Part shown: positions 7,681 through 19,722 of the stretch, one piece after another
Numbering within the stretch: the stretch's first letter is position 1
Layout: every line of letters starts with the position of its first letter
NCBI GenBank assembly: GCA_016699145.1
Contig: CP064962.1
Coordinates: forward strand, 630,001 to 662,000
DNA: 32,000 nt
Direction of reading: 5' to 3'
From: Candidatus Saccharimonadota bacterium
Lineage (GTDB): Bacteria > Patescibacteriota > Gracilibacteria > UBA1369 > 2-02-FULL-48-14
Notes under the pieces: generated by a model
Databases searched by the model: none
Told to the model about the DNA's origin: nothing
Seen by the model: the letters and a program-made list of their open reading frames with translations, nothing else
Translations under genes and position numbers: made by a program

Positions 7681-8244
7681 ATGGAACAACGCTACGCGCC
7701 CAATCGAAGTCACGCTCGTCATCTTTTTATTTTCATCCTTTTTTTTGTGGGGGTGTGGTTCATGCTGGACCCCCTGTTGAGTGATTCAAGCAAAGTGAAC
7801 CGTTGGAGCAGTTTCGATGAGCTTTCTACCAGTTGGAAAATGTTTCTCCTCGCGATTCCTAGCTTTCTTTTTCTAGTGGTCATAGAAAAAAGCCTGTCTT
7901 TTCGAATGGACGAAGAAGGCATTTACTATAGAAATTTCCCTTTTTTCAAACAAAAAAGCATCCTCTTCAGAGAATTAGCTCCTCAAAGCAAATCGCTCCC
8001 TTACACCGTCATCATCGCCTTCCAAGAAAGCCAGCGTTACGATCCAGCCCACTATGTTTTTACTTTCAAAACAAAAGAAGGCACTTTTCACAATTTGAAA
8101 TTCATAGATGAGAAACTAGCCCTAAACTTTAAAGAAGATTTGAAAAGAAGAGGGTTGAGCTTCAATCCAACTCTATACGTGCACCACACGATTTTTTCCC
8201 ACAAATGCCACGAGCTTTGTACGGACAAAAAAGCAAAGCGCTAA
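7681..8244 (+). CDS. Membrane protein, two N-terminal TM helices plus a small PH-like soluble domain (hypothetical)
   Basis: Hydrophobic segments are LFIFILFFVGVWFML and MFLLAIPSFLFLVVI. The C-terminal ~110 aa are beta-rich. No catalytic motif. Confidence 0.6.
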   Translation: MEQRYAPNRSHARHLFIFILFFVGVWFMLDPLLSDSSKVNRWSSFDELSTSWKMFLLAIPSFLFLVVIEKSLSFRMDEEGIYYRNFPFFKQKSILFRELAPQSKSLPYTVIIAFQESQRYDPAHYVFTFKTKEGTFHNLKFIDEKLALNFKEDLKRRGLSFNPTLYVHHTIFSHKCHELCTDKKAKR

Positions 8245-8262
8245 AACTACTTCAACCCTTCG

Positions 8263-8664
8263 TCACTTGCTTTTCACCTGCTTTTCCACGGCAAGTTTTT
8301 CGCCCTGCAAGTACTTGATTTCGTAGTCACTGAGGTCGCCCTTCACGAGCTCATTTTTCAAGAATTCCAAGTATTCCGCCGCATTCTTATAACTGGTTTC
8401 GCTCACCTCTTCACAAGCAAGGCAAAGCAAAAGTCCCTCGTTTTTCTTATGGTCAAAGGTGAACATCCCGCTGCGCGCCGTGTATTCCACCGCCCTATCC
8501 TCTTCCTGAATTTTCACTTTGGAAGAAAGCAGTGTGGTCGTGTAGTGGGCATGCAAAGGAAGGATTTGAACGCGTCCATCTTCAGCATCAAAGCTAAGAG
8601 ACTGAATTTCTCCATTGAAAACTTCTTTTTCGGGCGTGCGAATGATGAGTTTGAAAGTAGACAT
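8263..8664 (-). CDS. atpC: F1 ATP synthase epsilon subunit
   Basis: 133 aa, with an N-terminal beta-sandwich pattern (LIIRTPEKEVFNGEIQSLSFDAEDGRVQILPLHA). It is the last gene of the atp operon and has a TGA stop. Confidence 0.85.
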   Translation of the reverse strand: MSTFKLIIRTPEKEVFNGEIQSLSFDAEDGRVQILPLHAHYTTTLLSSKVKIQEEDRAVEYTARSGMFTFDHKKNEGLLLCLACEEVSETSYKNAAEYLEFLKNELVKGDLSDYEIKYLQGEKLAVEKQVKSK

Positions 8665-8685
8665 TTCTCGAAGAGATTTTAATTA

Positions 8686-11015
<2,330 letters not shown>

Positions 11016-11025
11016 TGAATCTCAT

Positions 11026-12528
11026 TTAGTTAAAGAATTTTTCAACCACTTCCTTGATGCCGGCTTCAATCTCAGCATTGAGTTCTTTCTTTTCCATAAT
11101 ATCCTTAGTCAAGTTTTCGTGACTGGATTCCATGAGTCCGTAGAGGGCTTGCATCTTGGGTCCCACTGCTTCAGGTTCGAGGGCATCGAGGTAACCCTTG
11201 CTTGCACAGAAGAGCACCATCACTTCTTGCCAGAGGGCGAGAGGACGGTTTTGTCCTTGCTTCAAGGCTTCTACCACACGACGTCCACGAGTGAGCTGTT
11301 GCTTGGTGGCCGCATCGAGTTCAGAAGCGAATTGAGCAAAAGCTTCGAGTTCGTAGTACTGAGCAAGATCAAGTTTAGCAGACCCAGACACCTTCTTCAT
11401 GATCTTCGTTTGAGCAGAGCCGCCCACACGAGACACAGAGGTTCCCACATTGATCGCAGGGCGAATACCCTTGTTGAAGAGTTGAGGCTCCAAGAAAATT
11501 TGTCCATCGGTGATGGAAATCACGTTCGTGGGAATGTAAGCCGAAATATCAGCGGCCTGTGTTTCAATAATAGGAAGTGCTGTGATGGATCCGGCTCCGT
11601 TTTCGTCGTTCAATTTAGCCGCACGTTCAAGCAGACGAGAGTGGAGGTAGAACACGTCTCCCGGATAAGCTTCACGTCCAGGAGGGCGACGAAGCAACAA
11701 GGACATTTCACGATAAGCCACTGCATGCTTAGAAAGATCATCATAAACCACGAGCACGTGCTTTCCTTGAGCCATGAAATATTCGGCAATCGCAGCTCCA
11801 GCATAAGGAGCAAGATATTGCATCACGGCAGAACTGGCCGCAGGAGCAGAAACGATGATGGTGTAGTCGAGCGCTCCGTGAGCACGCAGGGTTTCCACCA
11901 CTTGAGCGGTCTTGGATTCACGTTGAGCCACCGCCACATACACACAAATCATGTTCTGACCCTTTTGGTTGATGATGGTGTCGATGGCAATGGTTGTTTT
12001 ACCCGTTTGACGATCTCCAATGATGAGTTCACGTTGTCCACGACCCACTGGAATCAGCGCATCAATCGCCACAATACCCGTTTGCACAGGTTCGTGTACG
12101 GACTTGCGCACCATCACAGAAGGCGCTTGAGCTTCATGAGGCATCCATTTATCCGCCTTGATGGCTCCCTTTCCATCCAGCGGTGCACCGAGGGCATTCA
12201 CCACACGACCGAGCATGTCTTCGCTCACAGGCAGAGACATGAACTTATCAGTGGCTTTAACAAAAAGTCCTTCACGGATACCTTTATCCGCTTGAAGAAC
12301 AAGAGCGTAAGCGGAATCTTTTTCAAGATTCATGACGAGCGCTTCTGCGTCCACGCTTTCGATCTTCACCACCTCATTCATTTTGAGATTGGAAAGACCT
12401 TTGATATGAATCACTCCATCCTTGTAAGATTGAATGACTCCGAGCCCGCTTTCGGCGGCGTTGGCTCCATCGGATGACTCGTTGAGAGCCGCTTCGACGG
12501 TGGCCAAAAAATTATGAAGTTGGGACAT
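11026..12528 (-). CDS. atpA: F1 ATP synthase alpha subunit
   Basis: 500 aa, with Walker A GDRQTGKT and overall alpha-subunit collinearity. Confidence 0.97.
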   Translation of the reverse strand: MSQLHNFLATVEAALNESSDGANAAESGLGVIQSYKDGVIHIKGLSNLKMNEVVKIESVDAEALVMNLEKDSAYALVLQADKGIREGLFVKATDKFMSLPVSEDMLGRVVNALGAPLDGKGAIKADKWMPHEAQAPSVMVRKSVHEPVQTGIVAIDALIPVGRGQRELIIGDRQTGKTTIAIDTIINQKGQNMICVYVAVAQRESKTAQVVETLRAHGALDYTIIVSAPAASSAVMQYLAPYAGAAIAEYFMAQGKHVLVVYDDLSKHAVAYREMSLLLRRPPGREAYPGDVFYLHSRLLERAAKLNDENGAGSITALPIIETQAADISAYIPTNVISITDGQIFLEPQLFNKGIRPAINVGTSVSRVGGSAQTKIMKKVSGSAKLDLAQYYELEAFAQFASELDAATKQQLTRGRRVVEALKQGQNRPLALWQEVMVLFCASKGYLDALEPEAVGPKMQALYGLMESSHENLTKDIMEKKELNAEIEAGIKEVVEKFFN

Positions 12529-12538
12529 AAGGGAGATT

Positions 12539-13225
12539 TTAAGAAACCGTTTTTAAAGAGGTAAGTTTAGAAATGCGAGAGAACCACGAATGGTCCGTAG
12601 AGACTCCGTTCACAAAGACACGGAAGCCTCCGATGAGCCCTCGGTTCACTTGGAACGTAGGGAACGAATGAGGATGTTTTTCGAGCAGCGTTTTGCGGAT
12701 TTCTTTTTTAAGCTCCGCATCGATGTCTCGAGGAACTTGCACAAGAACAGTGTCAGCACCGTTCACCAGCTGAGTCAGCTCCGTAAGGGTGCCGGCCACT
12801 TCTTGGTAAGAGTTGGTGACTAAGAATTCTCGGAGTGCATCTGCAATGCGATTATCGCTTTCAATCACTTTCTTAATTTCTAAAACGCGGACATCATAAG
12901 AAAGAAGATAGAAACGCCCGGGCAACTCATCCACTTTAGTAGCAAAGGTGGCTGCAAAGAATTCCGTCAGCGCTTTGAAGAAAGCGTTGCCCTTGAGCGG
13001 CAGTTGCGCCCAAGGAGTGCCATTCAGCATCGAAGTGACAATCTTCACATCTTTGATGAAATGTTCACCAGAAATTTTAGCAAGATAATGCTTGAACGAA
13101 GCGGGCACCTTGAGGTGACCCATTTTTTCTTCGCGCGCATCTGCGCCGAGTTCAAAGAAATCTTTGTGCCCGGTCAGAAAGTGCACGAGTTCGTAGAGCA
13201 GCGTTGTTAAAAAAAGATTGATCAT
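12539..13225 (-). CDS. atpH: F1 ATP synthase delta (OSCP) subunit
   Basis: It sits between atpF and atpA. The C-terminal [23 protein letters not shown] matches the delta signature. The ATG at 13225 lies 1 nt after the atpF stop. An alternative ATG at 13249 would overlap atpF by 23 nt. Confidence 0.75.
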   Translation of the reverse strand: MINLFLTTLLYELVHFLTGHKDFFELGADAREEKMGHLKVPASFKHYLAKISGEHFIKDVKIVTSMLNGTPWAQLPLKGNAFFKALTEFFAATFATKVDELPGRFYLLSYDVRVLEIKKVIESDNRIADALREFLVTNSYQEVAGTLTELTQLVNGADTVLVQVPRDIDAELKKEIRKTLLEKHPHSFPTFQVNRGLIGGFRVFVNGVSTDHSWFSRISKLTSLKTVS

Positions 13226-13226
13226 T

Positions 13227-13721
13227 TTATTTATATTGTTTCCAAGCATCCTTAATGCTGTCCTGGATGACGTTTTCAGGAACCTTGTGCTGAACGATTT
13301 CCAAAATGATTTTCTTCATAAGGTTCAGAAGATCGGCTTCCACCTCTTTCACCATGGAAGCCTTGTGAGCTTCAATGTCGGCTTCGGCCTTTTGCATCAT
13401 TTCGGTGCGAGCAAGGTTCATGTCCGACTCAAGTTGAGCACGCTTTTCCTCCGCAAACTTGCGAAGGTTTTCACGTTCTTTTTTGAGTTCTTCCTCAAAA
13501 TGCGCTTGAGCTGAAGAGGCTTCTTCAGACTTCTTGTCCAGTTCCTCCTTGAGGAGACGCGCTTCATCCACACTGTCCGCAATTTGCTTGCGGCGTTCAT
13601 CAATGAACTTGAGGAGAGGCTTGTAGAGGACATAGATCAGCACCACGAGCAGCAGACCCGTGTTGAGTACATAGATGAGGATGCTCAGAGGAGCAATGCC
13701 GAGAGTATTGAGTCCTTCCAT
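13227..13721 (-). CDS. atpF: Fo ATP synthase b subunit
   Basis: 164 aa: one N-terminal TM (LSILIYVLNTGLLLVVLIYVL), then a long charged coiled helix. Operon position supports the call. Confidence 0.85.
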   Translation of the reverse strand: MEGLNTLGIAPLSILIYVLNTGLLLVVLIYVLYKPLLKFIDERRKQIADSVDEARLLKEELDKKSEEASSAQAHFEEELKKERENLRKFAEEKRAQLESDMNLARTEMMQKAEADIEAHKASMVKEVEADLLNLMKKIILEIVQHKVPENVIQDSIKDAWKQYK

Positions 13722-13748
13722 AAAAGAAGGCTGGGATTAAAAAATAAA

Positions 13749-13979
13749 CTAGAGAACGAAGAGGAGAATCAAAGAAACGAGAAAGCAGTACACGCCAAGG
13801 GATTCAACGAAGGCCATGGCAATGAGCATGTTAGAGAACATCTTACCGCTCATTTCAGGGTTGCGGCTGACACCTTCCATCGTCTTTCCAGCGATGTGAG
13901 CTTCTCCGAGAGCCGGAGCAATAAGGCCTACAGCCACACAGAGGGCGGCCGCAAGCATTTTCATCATTTCTGCATCCAT
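13749..13979 (-). CDS. atpE: Fo ATP synthase c subunit
   Basis: 76-aa helical hairpin with a polar loop (RNPEMSGK) and the carboxylate helix AMAFVESLGVYCFLV. Confidence 0.92.
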   Translation of the reverse strand: MDAEMMKMLAAALCVAVGLIAPALGEAHIAGKTMEGVSRNPEMSGKMFSNMLIAMAFVESLGVYCFLVSLILLFVL

Positions 13980-14036
13980 AGATTAAGGGGGTTAGGATTA
14001 AATTGATGAGTGAAAGAAAGGTTTTGTTTTTTTATT

Positions 14037-14930
14037 TTAGTGATTGTGAGTCGCATGCACAAAATTATTCGAAATGAAAATCGTAGACAAAAGGGCAAAC
14101 ACAAACGCTTGAATGAGTCCGGCAAAAGACGCGAGCAAAATGAAAGGAATCGGCACAAAGAATTGAGTCGCAAACATGAGTCCAGAGATCACCATGATCA
14201 CCACTTCCCCCGCAAGAATATTTCCAAAAAGACGAGTCCCCAGGGAGATGACTTTCACAAGGTCCCCTAAAATTTCAAGGAAGCCCAAGAACAGGTTGAT
14301 TAAAACTTCAAAAAGTTCAGCAAGCGGCTTCTTTCCACGAATGATCTGCCAGAGGCCGTCCACACGGAAATACGTAAGAATATGCCCCACCGGGGAAGCC
14401 ACAAAAGCAATAAAATGAGCCGCACCCATGGTGATGAGAGCAAGCGCCACGGTCATACTATAATCAGTAGTCGGCGTGCGCATAAAATGCCCATGTTCGG
14501 TCACAAAGCTGCCCACAAAAGGAATCAAAATAAAGGAGTTGGCGAGCAGTACAAACATAAAAAGCGTCACAATGAGAGGCACGATTTGACGAGCTTTTTT
14601 TTCACCCACAGCCTCAGTGAGACGATCATAAAATTCCATAAAGACAAGTTCGAAAACCACCTGCAAACGACTGGGCACCACTCCTGCTCTGAAACGAATC
14701 GCTAGAGCAGCAATGAGAATGAGCACCGTGGTCACGACGGTCGCCACCATGGTGTTGGTCACCGTAAAATGACCCACTTCAAACGCTGGTTCAGCCGCAA
14801 GTTGGATATGAGGTCCGGTACTTTCGTGGCCTTCTTCAGCATGCTCCTCAGTCGCAGTGGTCTCATGCGACTCAGCAGTCACATGATCGGTTTCAAGCAC
14901 ATCCGTCGATGGAATCATTTCAGAAGTCAT
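14037..14930 (-). CDS. atpB: Fo ATP synthase a subunit with an acidic/His-rich N-terminal extension
   Basis: Polytopic protein with the conserved LGTRLFGNILAGE (essential Arg helix). Its ATG overlaps the atpZ stop (TAATG). The first ~45 aa are Glu/Thr/His-rich. Confidence 0.92.
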   Translation of the reverse strand: MTSEMIPSTDVLETDHVTAESHETTATEEHAEEGHESTGPHIQLAAEPAFEVGHFTVTNTMVATVVTTVLILIAALAIRFRAGVVPSRLQVVFELVFMEFYDRLTEAVGEKKARQIVPLIVTLFMFVLLANSFILIPFVGSFVTEHGHFMRTPTTDYSMTVALALITMGAAHFIAFVASPVGHILTYFRVDGLWQIIRGKKPLAELFEVLINLFLGFLEILGDLVKVISLGTRLFGNILAGEVVIMVISGLMFATQFFVPIPFILLASFAGLIQAFVFALLSTIFISNNFVHATHNH

Positions 14931-15202
14931 TAATCTTGAGGATTATTCTTTACAAATTCCTGCATGGAACGAACCACGAGGTATTGAGAAAGTGGAAGAG
15001 AAAACACAAAGGCGATACCTGTAATGAGAGGCCACGTGCCAAAAAAACGGTCGAGCAAGTAAGCAGGTCCACACAAAATACCAATGCTGAGCGCAATCAC
15101 TAAAAAGACTCTGGATGTGATCCTAGAATAGTGCGACCACGCACGAAGCATGAGGCTGGAATCGGATTCTTTCTTTGGAGTCATAGCACTGATTTGGCTC
15201 AT
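14930..15202 (-). CDS. atpZ: Small two-TM AtpZ/AtpI-like protein, first gene of the atp operon
   Basis: 90 aa with two hydrophobic helices (VFLVIALSIGILCGPAYLL and WPLITGIAFVFSLPLS). It sits directly upstream of atpB and is translationally coupled to it. Confidence 0.55.
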   Translation of the reverse strand: MSQISAMTPKKESDSSLMLRAWSHYSRITSRVFLVIALSIGILCGPAYLLDRFFGTWPLITGIAFVFSLPLSQYLVVRSMQEFVKNNPQD

Positions 15203-15299
15203 TTATGCGAATTTTAACGCCGACAGTGTACTCATCCACGCAGAGAAATCAAGGGTCTTTAAAAGAACTCTGACAAAGCAACTGCATGAAAAACTAAAA

Positions 15300-16919
15300 T
15301 CATCTTAAATATCTCGTGGAAACCGGTACTAGGCCATTTGTATCATGTTGCCAAAATTGCCCAAAACCATCCTTTGTAAGACCCAAGCTCAAGCCAGAAG
15401 CTAAACCTTCGGGAGCCAAAACAGATAAACCAGTGCGTTTATGAATAAACTCGGCAATTCCACCTGGCTTGCCCACCTCACAAGAAAATAAAACGACACA
15501 AGCATTAGGCAGACGAGGATTCACACAAGAAAATAGGCTTTTTACCCACGACTGATCCACACTACTTGCATCTATTGCAGCAGATGAGTTTGTATTGACC
15601 TCCAAGCCTTCAGAAGATCCATGAGAATCAAGAATCAGCCACCTTACTCGATTGAAATATGGACGCACTGCATCTTCAATCTGCTTAGGCCAATATCCTT
15701 CAATAATAATGCGGGGCAGAATCGTATTTGAAAAGGAGATTCTATCGTAAGACGAAGGAGGAGGAAGATACGGTCTCACATCCGAAACGGGCGCGGCAGC
15801 CACTTTCTGACAATAAGCCGCCGCCTCAGAAGTATAGGGAGGCTGAGGAAAAGACACTAGCAAATCGACAAAACCAGTCCAACGAGAGGGAGGACTTATA
15901 ACCTGCTCAGACAAATCTGCAGAGGAGTGCCTATCCACTGCGTGAATGCCATGAGTAAGAAGCTCGGCCAGTAAAATTGGACTACGGGCATGTAAAGACG
16001 CAAGTGTGTGCACATGAGAACTCATCTGCACTAAGCCGCCAACACTTTGACGGAATGAGGATTCCAACTCAAGTAAACAACCCTCGTTAAATTTGAGAGA
16101 AAAAGCCCGGTACAGCGCTCGTAAACAAGAGCTCAACAGAGACCATAAAGATTCTGAGGGTGACACTGCATCTTCACGCCTTTGAATAAGATCCACCAAA
16201 CCCACAATAAGATCAGCTTGGGAGAGTGAATCTTCAGTAATAGTGGTTATTCGCTTGAAAATGCTCAGATAGACGGGCACTCTATTTTCGGAAGACGCCG
16301 CTGCTTCAACTTGTCTCAGTTCACAAGTAAAAATCTGTTTAAAGGGAATAGGAATATGCTGAACCGCGGGGGGTAGCTCCTCGGAAATTTCAAATGAAGT
16401 TCTGGGACCTAAATTGCAAAAAGGCCAGAGGGCATTCGGAGAAAGACAATCTACATCAGGAGCCTCATCCCTCCAGGCTTGAACGATTTGAGCCGCACCA
16501 TGAGGTGGCACAGGATTGTCCTGACCCACATAAGCCCAGGGCGTAGATTCAAGCTCTAAAAGTCTACGGCAAAGTAGTGAAGCAATCCACCCTTTGGCAA
16601 CAGGAAACCGCTCCACTTTTCTAGCATAATTATCCCCCGCCTCAATACAAGGCTGCGTCAAAGAAATTTTCACCTCCGCAATAGCAGGGTCTATTTCAGA
16701 CAAAAGCAGTTCTAAGGTTCCAAAAATTCTTCCTCTAAGTTCAGAAAAAACTGCAGGAGGGATGGGGACACAAGAGGCGCTCTCCTCAGGGTCAACCCAC
16801 CATCCTTCTTTTTCGACTCGAGCCAAAAGTTCCTCCAAATCACTTTTCAAGGAAGGAACAACGTCGCCTAGAGCTGTAGAAGGGTTCATACCCTGCAGGC
16901 CAGAAGGATAAGCAGGCAT
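15300..16919 (-). CDS. Hypothetical 539-aa protein: unknown N-terminal region plus a C-terminal caspase-like (clan CD-like) His/Cys module
   Basis: Long intact ORF. The C-terminus reads RWLILDSHGSSEG (His433, codon 15623-15621), then 47 aa later ACVVLFSCEVGKPGG (Cys480, codon 15482-15480). This is the hydrophobic strand-SHG and hydrophobic strand-xC-xG layout of caspase/CHAT-type proteases. The true start may be Met11 (16889); see the promoter feature. Confidence 0.7.
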   Translation of the reverse strand: MPAYPSGLQGMNPSTALGDVVPSLKSDLEELLARVEKEGWWVDPEESASCVPIPPAVFSELRGRIFGTLELLLSEIDPAIAEVKISLTQPCIEAGDNYARKVERFPVAKGWIASLLCRRLLELESTPWAYVGQDNPVPPHGAAQIVQAWRDEAPDVDCLSPNALWPFCNLGPRTSFEISEELPPAVQHIPIPFKQIFTCELRQVEAAASSENRVPVYLSIFKRITTITEDSLSQADLIVGLVDLIQRREDAVSPSESLWSLLSSCLRALYRAFSLKFNEGCLLELESSFRQSVGGLVQMSSHVHTLASLHARSPILLAELLTHGIHAVDRHSSADLSEQVISPPSRWTGFVDLLVSFPQPPYTSEAAAYCQKVAAAPVSDVRPYLPPPSSYDRISFSNTILPRIIIEGYWPKQIEDAVRPYFNRVRWLILDSHGSSEGLEVNTNSSAAIDASSVDQSWVKSLFSCVNPRLPNACVVLFSCEVGKPGGIAEFIHKRTGLSVLAPEGLASGLSLGLTKDGFGQFWQHDTNGLVPVSTRYLR

Positions 16920-16945
16920 TATAAAATACGTATTTCAAAAGTCAA
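16918..16945 (-). promoter_or_regulatory. Strong sigma70-like promoter overlapping the first ATG of the 539-aa ORF
   Basis: On the minus strand: TTGACT (16945-16940), 16 nt, TATAAT (16923-16918). The last two bases of the -10 are the AT of the ATG at 16919-16917. Confidence 0.45.
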
Positions 16946-16985
16946 TATCCCGTCCATGCAAAACAACAAAAAGGCCTCTTAAGCA

Positions 16986-18968
16986 TCAAAGCCCCGCCTT
17001 CCCTCTCAATTCTTCAATCTCATCACGCAGCACCGCAGCTTTTTCGAATTCCATATTTTGAGCCGCAAAATCCATCTCCCCTTCCAAACTTTCAATGAGG
17101 CGATGGATCTCTTCCTTCGGCACTTTTTTAGTGTCGTAGCGGCGCGTCTGTTTCTTTTCTTGCTCCTTGCGATGCATCTCGATGTCCTTCACGGCCTTCT
17201 TAATGGTTTGCGGCGTGATGCCATGTTTTTCATTATAAGCAACCTGAATCGCACGGCGTCGATCGGTCTCATCAATGGCACCCTGCATGCCCGCCGTCAT
17301 CTTATCCGCGTACATGATCACCGCTCCATCCGCATTACGAGCCGCGCGTCCAATGGTTTGAATGAGTGCAGACGTGCTACGCAAAAATCCTTCTTTATCC
17401 GCATCCAAAATCGCAACCAAAGACACTTCAGGTAAATCGAGCCCTTCACGCAATAAGTTGATCCCCACCAGCACATCGAAGACCCCCAGGCGAAGGTCCC
17501 GCAAAATATTGATGCGCTCCAGCGTGTCCACATCCGAGTGCAAGTAGCGAACTTTCACCCCAGCATCCGTGAGGTACTCGGTCAAATCCTCGGCACTGCG
17601 CTTGGTCAAAGTGGTCACCAGCACACGGTCTTTCTTTTCGATGCGTTTTCGAATTTCCTCCATCAGATCATCAATTTGCCCCTCCTTTTTGCGCACCGAA
17701 ATTTCGGGATCCACAAGCCCCGTGGGACGAATGATTTGTTCCACCACCGCATCCTTATTTGCCATTTCATATTTGGCAGGTGTCGCGGAAACATAAATCA
17801 CATTCTTCATGTATTTTTCAAATTCTTCAAACTTGAGGGGTCGATTATCAAAGGCCGAAGGCAGACGGAAACCGTGTTCCACCAGCGACTGTTTGCGGGA
17901 AAGATTTCCGTTGTGCATCGCTCCAATCTGCGGAACAGACATGTGCGACTCATCAATCACCATCAAAAAGTCATCTGGGAAATAGTCGAGCAAAGTCGCC
18001 GGTCGAGATTCCGGCACACCGTTATTGTTGAGGTAGCGAATGTAATTTTCAATACCCGTGACATAGCCTGTTTCAAGCAAAATTTCCAAGTCGTATTCCG
18101 TGCGAGTTTTAAGGCGTTCCGCTTCCACAATCTTGCCCATGCCGCGCAATTCTTCGAGACGTATTTCCAAATCTGCACGAATTTGCACCACTGCTTTTTG
18201 GATTTTTTCTTCCGTCGTCACGGCATGCTTGGCAGGGAAAATGATGGCTTCAGGCATCTCACCCATGATTTCACCCGTAAAAGGTTCCACTTCAGTGATT
18301 TTTTCAATTTCATCATCCCAAAATTCAAAGCGAATCGCCGTGTCTCCTCCAGGGGGAAACACTTCCAAAACATCTCCAAGCACATGGAACTGGCCTTGCT
18401 TAAAGTCCATTGCAGCGCGGGTGTACTGCAAATCGGTGAGCTGGCGGAGCAGTTTGTCGCGAGGAATTTTATCCCCTGTTTTCAGCTCAATGCGTAGTTC
18501 TAAATACTCCTTCGGTGAACCGAGTCCATAAATACAGGAAACAGAAGCCACCACAATGGTGTCGGCACGGGTGAGCAAATTTTCCGTGGCCTTGTGGCGA
18601 TACTTGTCGATCTCTTCGTTGATCTGAGCATCCTTTTCAATATAGGTGTCCGACACCGCAATGTAGGCTTCAGGCTGATAGTAGTCGTAGTACGAAACAA
18701 AATAGCTGACCGCATTTTCAGGGAAAATATCTCGAAATTCACTGCAAAGTTGAGCCGCCAAAGTCTTATTGTGCGCAATCACCAAAGTCGGCTTTTGAAC
18801 CCGTGCCACCACATTCGCGATAGTGTAGGTCTTCCCCGTGCCCGTGGCTCCCAAAAGCACTTGCTTTTTCTTTCCACTTTTAAGATTGGCCACAAGCTGA
18901 TCAATCGCCTTCGGCTGATCCCCCTTCGGCTGCATTGCGGACGAAATTTTGAATTTTTTTTGAAGCAT
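16986..18968 (-). CDS. uvrB: Excinuclease ABC subunit B
   Basis: 660 aa. It has Walker A GATGTGKT, a DESH box ([11 protein letters not shown]) and a C-terminal UVR motif ([17 protein letters not shown]). Confidence 0.97.
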   Translation of the reverse strand: MLQKKFKISSAMQPKGDQPKAIDQLVANLKSGKKKQVLLGATGTGKTYTIANVVARVQKPTLVIAHNKTLAAQLCSEFRDIFPENAVSYFVSYYDYYQPEAYIAVSDTYIEKDAQINEEIDKYRHKATENLLTRADTIVVASVSCIYGLGSPKEYLELRIELKTGDKIPRDKLLRQLTDLQYTRAAMDFKQGQFHVLGDVLEVFPPGGDTAIRFEFWDDEIEKITEVEPFTGEIMGEMPEAIIFPAKHAVTTEEKIQKAVVQIRADLEIRLEELRGMGKIVEAERLKTRTEYDLEILLETGYVTGIENYIRYLNNNGVPESRPATLLDYFPDDFLMVIDESHMSVPQIGAMHNGNLSRKQSLVEHGFRLPSAFDNRPLKFEEFEKYMKNVIYVSATPAKYEMANKDAVVEQIIRPTGLVDPEISVRKKEGQIDDLMEEIRKRIEKKDRVLVTTLTKRSAEDLTEYLTDAGVKVRYLHSDVDTLERINILRDLRLGVFDVLVGINLLREGLDLPEVSLVAILDADKEGFLRSTSALIQTIGRAARNADGAVIMYADKMTAGMQGAIDETDRRRAIQVAYNEKHGITPQTIKKAVKDIEMHRKEQEKKQTRRYDTKKVPKEEIHRLIESLEGEMDFAAQNMEFEKAAVLRDEIEELRGKAGL

Positions 18969-19035
18969 TGGCGAAAAAGTCTAACAAAAAGGCCAAGGTA
19001 CTATACCTAAGGATGCTTAAGAAAACAACAAGGCC

Positions 19036-19590
19036 CTAAAGAAAAGGGTAAGACGAATTCTCTCTAAAGAAAACAAAAGGATGACCTTTCAAACGCACAT
19101 CCGGTTCTCGAGAGGTAGGCAAGCAAGGTCGAGTCAAATAATCACCTCCCGGCTTCAAAAATCCAGTCTGAACTCCAATAGAATCATCAGTACCAAAGTC
19201 CAATAGGAAAGCAGGGAAATTATAAGCAGAGTCACCCATGGGCGCTGGCCTTTCCCCTAAAGAAGAAAAACAATCTCTAGGGGCTGAGCCAAAGCGTCTT
19301 TGAAAAGCTTCAAATAAAGATAGCCTACGCGAAAGTTCAATCCTCTCAGGCGTCAGCCATCTAAAGCCTGCTTGACCCGTTAAATCTGTAAGATCATCTA
19401 AACTTTCATCGGGTAAAGAGAAGTTCGGCAGATTCCCCCAGATGGGACGGTTTTGCTCATTTAAAGGACAATTTGAAAGAAGCCTAAAAAAAAGCTGTTG
19501 GAAATAGACAGCATCAAATAAATGAACAACATTAGTGTTTTCTTTCATGTCCCCCTGTTCATCAGTACCAACAACTGAAAGCTTACTCAT
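19036..19590 (-). CDS. Hypothetical protein (184 aa), no family recognised
   Basis: Intact ATG ORF. The start overlaps the stop of the upstream 42-codon ORF (ATGA at 19590-19587). It is preceded by AAGAGGGATAAA, the only SD-like purine tract I found in the window. Confidence 0.55.
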   Translation of the reverse strand: MSKLSVVGTDEQGDMKENTNVVHLFDAVYFQQLFFRLLSNCPLNEQNRPIWGNLPNFSLPDESLDDLTDLTGQAGFRWLTPERIELSRRLSLFEAFQRRFGSAPRDCFSSLGERPAPMGDSAYNFPAFLLDFGTDDSIGVQTGFLKPGGDYLTRPCLPTSREPDVRLKGHPFVFFRENSSYPFL

Positions 19591-19715
19591 TTTATCCCTC
19601 TTTGTTTACGTTCTAAAGAAAGCAGCTGACTGAATCTCTTCTGGGACTGAACACTCAAATTCACCCCCAGGGAGTGGGCCAGCAGGAGTCCGTAAAGAGC
19701 TTGAAGAAAATTCAT
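19587..19715 (-). CDS. Possible small protein (42 aa), translationally coupled to the 184-aa ORF
   Basis: MNFLQALYGLLLAHSLGVNLSVQSQKRFSQLLSLERKQRGIK: a hydrophobic N-terminal half and a basic C-terminal half. A promoter-like element lies 7 nt upstream of this ATG. The longer 95-aa version in the track would overlap the divergent IMPase gene. Confidence 0.35.
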   Translation of the reverse strand: MNFLQALYGLLLAHSLGVNLSVQSQKRFSQLLSLERKQRGIK

Positions 19716-19722
19716 CGCTTGA

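Noticed and set aside
7602-7682. 27-codon N-terminal extension of the lipoprotein ORF (track start at 7682)
   Set aside because: The signal peptide and lipobox begin at the internal MKKIF. The extension would overlap the divergent promoter and the start of the 7681 gene.
8263-8265. Alternative genetic code (UGA read as an amino acid, as in some CPR lineages)
   Set aside because: atpC ends at a TGA at the normal epsilon-subunit length, and all conserved genes are full-length without in-frame TGA. The standard code fits.
15203-15299. Promoter of the atp operon
   Set aside because: Only weak candidates were found (for example TGGATG-17-TAAAAT, 8 nt before the atpZ ATG). These are too poor to report as a feature.
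17538-18497. 319-aa ORF on the + strand
   Set aside because: It is antisense to uvrB and is a shadow ORF.
19036-19715. Calling the 42-aa/184-aa pair a toxin-antitoxin system
   Set aside because: Only the size and coupling are suggestive. Neither product shows a recognisable toxin, antitoxin or DNA-binding motif, so it is left as an unknown pair.
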